From assembly GCA_964057225.1 (NCBI GenBank), contig OZ059896.1, positions 19,096,001 to 19,160,000 of the forward strand: a DNA stretch of 64,000 bases. The letters run 5' to 3'. The position numbers and the translations under genes are program-made. The notes under the pieces are model-generated. The model was not told the DNA's origin, did not search any database, and worked only from the letters and a program-made list of their open reading frames with translations. Source of the DNA: Auanema rhodensis. Lineage: Eukaryota > Animalia > Nematoda. Positions 54,528 through 64,000 of this stretch are shown here, piece after piece; within the stretch, counting starts at the first letter, position 1; each line of letters begins with the position of its first letter.

Positions 54528-57500
54528 AACACAGATCGACGCAGCTTAAAAATCCGCATCGAATGCACTACACTACATTGAGAAACGCTTAATACAAAAA
54601 TTAGTTATGATCGTTTGAAAAATGATGCATTAGTGTATGTTGAGTTTCCATGTACACTCAACATTGCTTCCAAAAACATTTTGACAAAAATTTTTTCGAA
54701 AAATTTCAAAATAATTTAGCAAAAAGTAGATGTTGTTAGATTCCTTTTTTCAAGGCAAAGACGATGGACAATGTTATTCAACGAAAAAATTAATTCTTCA
54801 GGGTGAAAATCGAGGATATAAGTGTGAACTTATATCAGTTGATATCTCGGTGCATTTTTAAGCTAGCGCAAATCTGATAACACAGATCGACGCAGCTTAA
54901 AAATCCGCATCGAATGCACTACACTACATTGAGAAACGCTTAATACAAAAATTAGTTATGATCGTTTGAAAAATGATGCATTAGTGTATGTTGAGTTTCC
55001 ATGTACACTCAACATTGCTTCCAAAAACATTTTGACAAAAATTTTTTCGAAAAATTTCAAAATAATTTAGCAAAAAGTAGATGTTTTTAGATTCCTTTTT
55101 TCAAGGCAAAGACGATGGACATTGTTATTCAACGAAAAAATTAATTCTTCATTGTGAAAATCGAGGATATATGTGTGAACTTATATCAGTTGATATCTCG
55201 GTGCATTTTTAAGCTAGCGCAAATCTCATAACACAGATCGACGCAGCTTAAAAATCCGCATCGAATGCACTATACTACATTGAGAAACGCTTAATACAAA
55301 AATTAGTTATGATCGTTTGAAAAATGATGCATTAGTGTATGTTGAGTTTCCATGTACACTCAACATTGCTTCCAAAAACATTTTGACAAAAATTTTTTCG
55401 AAAAATTTCAAAATAATTTAGCAAAAAGTAGATGTTGTTAGATTCCTTTTTTCAAGGCAAAGACGATGGACAATGTTATTCAACGAAAAAAGTAATTCTT
55501 CAGGGTGAAAATCGAGGATATAAGTGTGAACTTATATCAGTTGATATCTCGGTGCATTTTTAAGCTAGCGCAAATCTCATAACACAGATCGACGCAGCTT
55601 AAAAATCCGCATCGAATGCACTATACTACAGTGAGAAACGCTTAATACAAAAATTAGTTATGATCGTTTGAAAAATGATGCATTAGTGTATGTTGAGTTT
55701 CCATGTACACTCAACATTGCTTCCAAAAACATTTTGACAAAAATTTTTTCGAAAAATTTCAAAATAATTTAGCAAAAAGTAGATGTTTTTAGATTCCTTT
55801 TTTCAAGGCAAAGACGATGGACAATGTTATTCAACGAAAAAATTAATTCTTCAGGGTGAAAATCGAGGATATAAGTGTGAACTTATATCAGTTGATATCT
55901 CGGTGCATTTTTAAGCTAGCGCAAATCTGATAACACAGATCGACGCAGCTTAAAAATCCGCATCGAATGCACTACACTACATTGAGAAACGCTTAATACA
56001 AAAATTAGTTATGATCGTTTGAAAAATGATGCATTAGTGTATGTTGAGTTTCCATGTACACTCAACATTGCTTCCAAAAACATTTTGACAAAAATTTTTT
56101 CGAAAAATTTCAAAATAATTTAGCAAAAAGTAGATGTTGTTAGATTCCTTTTTTCAAGGCAAAGACGATGGACAATGTTATTCAACGAAAAAATTAATTC
56201 TTCAGGGTGAAAATCGAGGATATAAGTGTGAACTTATATCAGTTGATATCTCGGTGCATTTTTAAGCTAGCGCAAATCTGATAACACAGATCGACGCAGC
56301 TTAAAAATCCGCATCGAATGCACTACACTACATTGAGAAACGCTTAATACAAAAATTAGTTATGATCGTTTGAAAAATGATGCATTAGTGTATGTTGAGT
56401 TTCCATGTACACTCAACATTGCTTCCAAAAACATTTTGACAAAAATTTTTTCGAAAAATTTCAAAATAATTTAGCAAAAAGTAGATGTTGTTAGATTCCT
56501 TTTTTCAAGGCAAAGACGATGGACAATGTTATTCAACGAAAAAATTAATTCTTCAGGGTGAAAATCGAGGATATAAGTGTGAACTTATATCAGTTGATAT
56601 CTCGGTGCATTTTTAAGCTAGCGCAAATCTGATAACACAGATCGACGCAGCTTAAAAATCCGCATCGAATGCACTACACTACATTGAGAAACGCTTAATA
56701 CAAAAATTAGTTATGATCGTTTGAAAAATGATGCATTAGTGTATGTTGAGTTTCCATGTACACTCAACATTGCTTCCAAAAACATTTTGACAAAAATTTT
56801 TTCGAAAAATTTCAAAATAATTTAGCAAAAAGTAGATGTTTTTAGATTCCTTTTTTCAAGGCAAAGACGATGGACATTGTTATTCAACGAAAAAATTAAT
56901 TCTTCATTGTGAAAATCGAGGATATATGTGTGAACTTATATCAGTTGATATCTCGGTGCATTTTTAAGCTAGCGCAAATCTCATAACACAGATCGACGCA
57001 GCTTAAAAATCCGCATCGAATGCACTATACTACATTGAGAAACGCTTAATACAAAAATTAGTTATGATCGTTTGAAAAATGATGCATTAGTGTATGTTGA
57101 GTTTCCATGTACACTCAACATTGCTTCCAAAAACATTTTGACAAAAATTTTTTCGAAAAATTTCAAAATAATTTAGCAAAAAGTAGATGTTGTTAGATTC
57201 CTTTTTTCAAGGCAAAGACGATGGACAATGTTATTCAACGAAAAAAGTAATTCTTCAGGGTGAAAATCGAGGATATAAGTGTGAACTTATATCAGTTGAT
57301 ATCTCGGTGCATTTTTAAGCTAGCGCAAATCTCATAACACAGATCGACGCAGCTTAAAAATCCGCATCGAATGCACTATACTACAGTGAGAAACGCTTAA
57401 TACAAAAATTAGTTATGATCGTTTGAAAAATGATGCATTAGTGTATGTTGAGTTTCCATGTACACTCAACATTGCTTCCAAAAACATTTTGACAAAAATT

Positions 57501-58037
57501 TTTTCGAAAAATTTCAAAATAATTTAGCAAAAAGTAGATGTTTTTAGATTCCTTTTTTCAAGGCAAAGACGATGGACAATGTTATTCAACGAAAAAATTA
57601 ATTCTTCAGGGTGAAAATCGAGGATATAAGTGTGAACTTATATCAGTTGATATCTCGGTGCATTTTTAAGCTAGCGCAAATCTGATAACACAGATCGACG
57701 CAGCTTAAAAATCCGCATCGAATGCACTACACTACATTGAGAAACGCTTAATACAAAAATTAGTTATGATCGTTTGAAAAATGATGCATTAGTGTATGTT
57801 GAGTTTCCATGTACACTCAACATTGCTTCCAAAAACATTTTGACAAAAATTTTTTCGAAAAATTTCAAAATAATTTAGCAAAAAGTAGATGTTGTTAGAT
57901 TCCTTTTTTCAAGGCAAAGACGATGGACAATGTTATTCAACGAAAAAATTAATTCTTCAGGGTGAAAATCGAGGATATAAGTGTGAACTTATATCAGTTG
58001 ATATCTCGGTGCATTTTTAAGCTAGCGCAAATCTCAT
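54528..58037. repeat. 5-monomer (1755-bp) tandem duplication
   Basis: AAAGTAATTC (monomers 55230/56985) and CTACAGTGAG (55581/57336) recur at +1755. Confidence 0.9.
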
Positions 58038-61000
58038 AACACAGATCGACGCAGCTTAAAAATCCGCATCGAATGCACTATACTACATTGAGAAACGCTT
58101 AATACAAAAATTAGTTATGATCGTTTGAAAAATGATGCATTAGTGTATGTTGAGTTTCCATGTACACTCAACATTGCTTCCAAAAACATTTTGACAAAAA
58201 TTTTTTCGAAAAATTTCAAAATAATTTAGCAAAAAGTAGATGTTGTTAGATTCCTTTTTTCAAGGCAAAGACGATGGACAATGTTATTCAACGAAAAAAT
58301 TAATTCTTCAGGGTGAAAATCGAGGATATAAGTGTGAACTTATATCAGTTGATATCTCGGTGCATTTTTAAGCTAGCGCAAATCTGATAACACAGATCGA
58401 CGCAGCTTAAAAATCCGCATCGAATGCACTACACTACATTGAGAAACGCTTAATACAAAAATTAGTTATGATCGTTTGAAAAATGATGCATTAGTGTATG
58501 TTGAGTTTCCATGTACACTCAACATTGCTTCCAAAAACATTTTGACAAAAATTTTTTCGAAAAATTTCAAAATAATTTAGCAAAAAGTAGATGTTGTTAG
58601 ATTCCTTTTTTCAAGGCAAAGACGATGGACAATGTTATTCAACGAAAAAATTAATTCTTCAGGGTGAAAATCGAGGATATAAGTGTGAACTTATATCAGT
58701 TGATATCTCGGTGCATTTTTAAGCTAGCGCAAATCTGATAACACAGATCGACGCAGCTTAAAAATCCGCATCGAATGCACTACACTACATTGAGAAACGC
58801 TTAATACAAAAATTAGTTATGATCGTTTGAAAAATGATGCATTAGTGTATGTTGAGTTTCCATGTACACTCAACATTGCTTCCAAAAACATTTTGACAAA
58901 AATTTTTTCGAAAAATTTCAAAATAATTTAGCAAAAAGTAGATGTTTTTAGATTCCTTTTTTCAAGGCAAAGACGATGGACATTGTTATTCAACGAAAAA
59001 ATTAATTCTTCATTGTGAAAATCGAGGATATAAGTGTGAACTTATATCAGTTGATATCTCGGTGCATTTTTAAGCTAGCGCAAATCTCATAACACAGATC
59101 GACGCAGCTTAAAAATCCGCATCGAATGCACTATACTACATTGAGAAACGCTTAATACAAAAATTAGTTATGATCGTTTGAAAAATGATGCATTAGTGTA
59201 TGTTGAGTTTCCATGTACACTCAACATTGCTTCCAAAAACATTTTGACAAAAATTTTTTCGAAAAATTTCAAAATAATTTAGCAAAAAGTAGATGTTTTT
59301 AGATTCCTTTTTTCAAGGCAAAGACGATGGACAATGTTATTCAACGAAAAAATTAATTCTTCAGGGTGAAAATCGAGGATATAAGTGTGAACTTATATCA
59401 GTTGATATATCGGTGCATTTTTAAGCTAGCGCAAATCTGATAACACAGATCGACGCAGCTTAAAAATCCGCATCGAATGCACTATACTACATTGAGAAAC
59501 GCTTAATACAAAAATTAGTTATGATCGTTTGAAAAATGATGCATTAGTGTATGTTGAGTTTCCATGTACACTCAACATTGCTTCCAAAAACATTTTGACA
59601 AAACTTTTTTCGAAAAATTTCAAAATAATTTAGCAAAAAGTAGATGTTGTTAGATTCCTTTTTTCAAGGCAAAGACGATGGACAATGTTATTCAACGAAA
59701 AAATTAATTCTTCAGGGTGAAAATCGAGGATATAAGTGTGAACTTATATCAGTTGATATCTCGGTGCATTTTTAAGCTAGCGCAAATCTGATAACACAGA
59801 TCGACGCAGCTTAAAAATCCGCATCGAATGCACTATACTACATTGAGAAACGCTTAATACAAAAATTAGTTATGATCGTTTGAAAAATGATGCATTAGTG
59901 TATGTTGAGTTTCCATGTACACTCAACATTGCTTCCAAAAACATTTTGACAAAAATTTTTTCGAAAAATTTCAAAATAATTTAGCAAAAAGTAGATGTTT
60001 TTAGATTCCTTTTTTCAAGGCAAAGACGATGGACAATGTTATTCAACGAAAAAATTAATTCTTCAGGGTGAAAATCGAGGATATAAGTGTGAACTTATAT
60101 CAGTTGATATATCGGTGCATTTTTAAGCTAGCGCAAATCTGATAACACAGATCGACGCAGCTTACAAATCCGCATCGAATGCACTATACTACATTGAGAA
60201 ACGCTTAATACAAAAATTAGTTATGATCGTTTGAAAAATGATGCATTAGTGTATGTTGAGTTTCCATGTACACTCAACATTGCTTCCAAAAACATTTTGA
60301 CAAAAATTTTTTCGAAAAATTTCAAAATAATTTAGCAAAAAGTAGATGTTGTTAGATTCCTTTTTTCAAGGCAAAGACGATGGACAATGTTATTCAACGA
60401 AAAAATTAATTCTTCAGGGTGAAAATCGAGGATATAAGTGTGAACTTATATCAGTTGATATCTCGGTGCATTTTTAAGCTAGCGCAAATCTGATAACACA
60501 GATCGACGCAGCTTAAAAATCCGCATCGAATGCACTACACTACATTGAGAAACGCTTAATACAAAAATTAGTTATGATCGTTTGAAAAATGATGCATTAG
60601 TGTATGTTGAGTTTCCATGTACACTCAACATTGCTTCCAAAAACATTTTGACAAAAATTTTTTCGAAAAATTTCAAAATAATTTAGCAAAAAGTAGATGT
60701 TTTTAGATTCCTTTTTTCAAGGCAAAGACGATGGACATTGTTATTCAACGAAAAAATTAATTCTTCATTGTGAAAATCGAGGATATAAGTGTGAACTTAT
60801 ATCAGTTGATATCTCGGTGCATTTTTAAGCTAGCGCAAATCTGATAACACAGATCGACGCAGCTTAAAAATCCGCATCGAATGCACTATACTACATTGAG
60901 AAACGCTTAATACAAAAATTAGTTATGATCGTTTGAAAAATGATGCATTAGTGTATGTTGAGTTTCCATGTACACTCAACATTGCTTCCAAAAACATTTT

Positions 61001-64000
61001 GACAAAAATTTTTTCGAAAAATTTCTAAATAATTTAGCAAAAAGTAGATGTTTTTAGATTCCTTTTTTCAAGGCAAAGACGATGGACAATGTTATTCAAC
61101 GAAAAAATTAATTCTTCAGGGTGAAAATCGAGGATATAAGTGTGAACTTATATCAGTTGATATCTCGGTGCATTTTCAAGCTAGCGCAAATCTCATAACA
61201 CAGATCGACGCAGCTTAAAAATCCGCATCGAATGCACTATATTACATTGAGAAACGCTTAATACAAAAATTAGTTGTGATCGTTTGAAAAATGATGCATT
61301 AGTGTATGTTGAGTTTCCATGTACATTCAACATTGCTTCCAAAAACATTTTGACAAAAATTTTTTCGAAAAATTTCAAAATAATTTAGCAAAAAGAAGAA
61401 GTTTTTAGATTCCTTTTTTCAAGGCAAAGACGATGGACATTGTTATTCAACGAAAAAATTAATTCTTCAGGGTGAAAATCGAGGATATAAGTGTGAACTT
61501 ATATCAGTTGATATCTCGGTGCATTTTTAAGCTAGCGCAAATCTGATAACACAGATCGACGCAGCTTAAAAATCCGCATCGAATGCACTATACTACATTG
61601 AGAAACGCTTAATACAAAAATTAGTTATGATCGTTTGAAAAATGATGCATTAGTGTATGTTGAGTTTCCATGTACACTCAACATTGCTTCCAAAAACATT
61701 TTGACAAAAATTTTTTCGAAAAATTTCAAAATAATTTAGCAAAAAGTAGATGTTTTTAGATTCCTTTTTTCAAGGCAAAGACGATGGACATTGTTATTCA
61801 ACGAAAAAATTAATTCTTCAGGGTGAAAATCGAGGATATAAGTGTGAACATATATCAGTTGATATCTCGGTGCATTTTTAAGCTAGCGCAAATCTGATAA
61901 CACAGATCGACGCAGCTTAAAAATCCGCATCGAATGCACTATACTACATTGAGAAACGCTTAATACAAAAATTAGTTATGATCGTTTGAAAAATGATGCA
62001 TTAGTGTATGTTGAGTTTCCATGTACACTCAACATTGCTTCCAAAAACATTTTGACAAAAATTGTTTCGAAAAATTTCTAAATAATTTAACAAAAAGTAG
62101 ATGTTTTTAGATTCCTTTTTTCAAGGCAAAGACGATGGACAATGTTATTCAACGAAAAAATTAATTCTTCAGGGTGAAAATCGAGGATATAAGTGTGAAC
62201 TTATATCAGTTGATATCTCGGTGCATTTTTAAGCTAGCGCAAATCTCATAACACAGATCAACGCAGCTTAAAAATCCGCATCGAATGCACTATACTACAT
62301 TGAGAAACGCTTAATACAAAAATTAGTTATGATCGTTTGAAAAATGATGCATTAGTGTATGTTGAGTTTCCATGTACATTCAACATTGCTTCCAAAAACA
62401 TTTTGACAAAAATTTTTTCGAAAAATTTCAAAATAATTTAGCAAAAAGTAGATGTTTTTAGATTCCTTTTTTCAAGGCAAAGACGATGGACATTGTTATT
62501 CAACGAAAAAATTAATTCTTCAGGGTGAAAATCGAGGATATAAGTGTGAACTTATATCAGTTGATATCTCGGTGCATTTTTAAGCTAGCGCAAATCTGAT
62601 AACACAGATCGACGCAGCTTAAAAATCCGCATCGAATGCACTATACTACATTGAGAAACGCTTAATACAAAAATTAGTTATGATCGTTTGAAAAATGATG
62701 CATTAGTGTATGTTGAGTTTCCATGTACACTCAACATTGCTTCCAAAAACATTTTGACAAAAATTTTTTCGAAAAATTTCAAAATAATTTAGCAAAAAGT
62801 AGATGTTTTTAGATTCCTTTTTTCAAGGCAAAGACGATGGACATTGTTATTCAACGAAAAAATTAATTCTTCAGGGTGAAAATCGAGGATATAAGTGTGA
62901 ACTTATATCAGTTGATATCTCGGTGCATTTTTAAGCTATCGCAAATCTGATAACACAGATCGACGCAGCTTAAAAATCCGCATCGAATGCACTATACTAC
63001 ATTGAGAAACGCTTAATACAAAAATTAGTTATGATCGTTTGAAAAATGATGCATTAGTGTATGTTGAGTTTCCATGTACACTCAACATTGCTTCCAAAAA
63101 CATTTTGACAAAAATTTTTTCGAAAAATTTCAAAATAATTTAGCAAAAAGTAGATGTTTTTAGATTCCTTTTTTCAAGGCAAAGACGATGGACATTGTTA
63201 TTTAACGAAAAAATTAATTCTTCAGGGTGAAAATCGAGGATATAAGTGTGAACATATATCAGTTGATATCTCGGTGCATTTTTAAGCTAGCGCAAATCTG
63301 ATAACACAGATCGACGCAGCTTAAAAATCCGCATCGAATGCACTATACTACATTGAGAAACGCTTAATACAAAAATTAGTTATGATTGTTTGAAAAATGA
63401 TGCATTAGTGTATGTTGAGTTTCCATGTACACTCAACATTGCTTCCAAAAACATTTTGACAAAAATTTTTTCGAAAAATTTCAAAATAATTTAGCAAAAA
63501 GTAGATGTTTTTAGATTCCTTTTTTCAAGGCAAAGACGATGGACATTGTTATTTAACGAAAAAATTAATTCTTCAGGGTGAAAATCGAGGATATAAGTGT
63601 GAACATATATCAGTTGATATCTCGGTGCATTTTTAAGCTAGCGCAAATCTGATAACACAGATCGACGCAGCTTAAAAATCCGCATCGAATGCACTATACT
63701 ACATTGAGAAACGCTTAATACAAAAATTAGTTATGATTGTTTGAAAAATGATGCATTAGTGTATGTTGAGTTTCCATGTACACTCAACATTGCTTCCAAA
63801 AACATTTTGACAAAAAATTTTTCGAAAAATTTCTAAATAATTTAGCAAAAAGTAGATGTTTTTAGATTCCTTTTTTCAAGGCAAAGACGATGGACAATGT
63901 TATTCAACGAAAAAATTAATTCTTCAGGGTGAAAATCGAGGATATAAGTGTGAACTTATATCAGTTGATATCTCGGTGCATTTTTAAGCTAGCGCAAATC

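Larger units (their letters stand above)
1..64000. repeat. Tandem satellite DNA array, 351-bp AT-rich monomer, about 183 head-to-tail copies, extending beyond both window edges
   Basis: AACACAGATCGACGCAGC recurs at 1, 352, 703 ... 3511 ... 63654. Accounting for all indels seen (net -229 bp) gives exactly 182 periods before 63654. All copies share one orientation, with no unique intervening sequence. Confidence 0.99.

Noticed and set aside
61193-61378. 61-aa minus-strand ORF (MKFFEKIF...)
   Set aside because: It lies within satellite sequence and starts at TTG. It exists only because one private substitution removes a stop present in the other monomers, and it has no recognisable domain.
1-64000. 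CRISPR array or other repeat-spacer system
   Set aside because: There are no unique spacers; the entire 351-bp unit is repeated, and no cas or other genes are present.

Overview
The whole 64-kb window is one uninterrupted head-to-tail tandem satellite DNA array. It holds 182 complete copies plus one nearly complete copy (63654-64000) of a 351-bp monomer, about 31% GC by hand count, and copies typically differ from consensus at 0-6 positions. I found no genes, RNA genes, CRISPR spacers, transposon insertions or orientation switches; the single 61-aa ORF is a chance read-through in one diverged monomer. The information is in the variants. (1) The monomer is built largely of imperfect inverted repeats. 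(2) Many variants, including a 3-copy 343-bp allele, convert quasi-palindromes into better palindromes, consistent with short-range template switching. (3) A 4-copy 300-bp allele has a microhomology deletion with a templated 5-bp duplication. (4) Recent local multi-monomer duplications of 3, 5, 8, 9 and 10 monomers form nascent higher-order repeats inside regional variant domains. A eukaryotic (peri)centromeric or heterochromatic origin, possibly invertebrate, is inference only; I do not recognise the family. Monomer positions below are numbered from AACACAGATC = 1.
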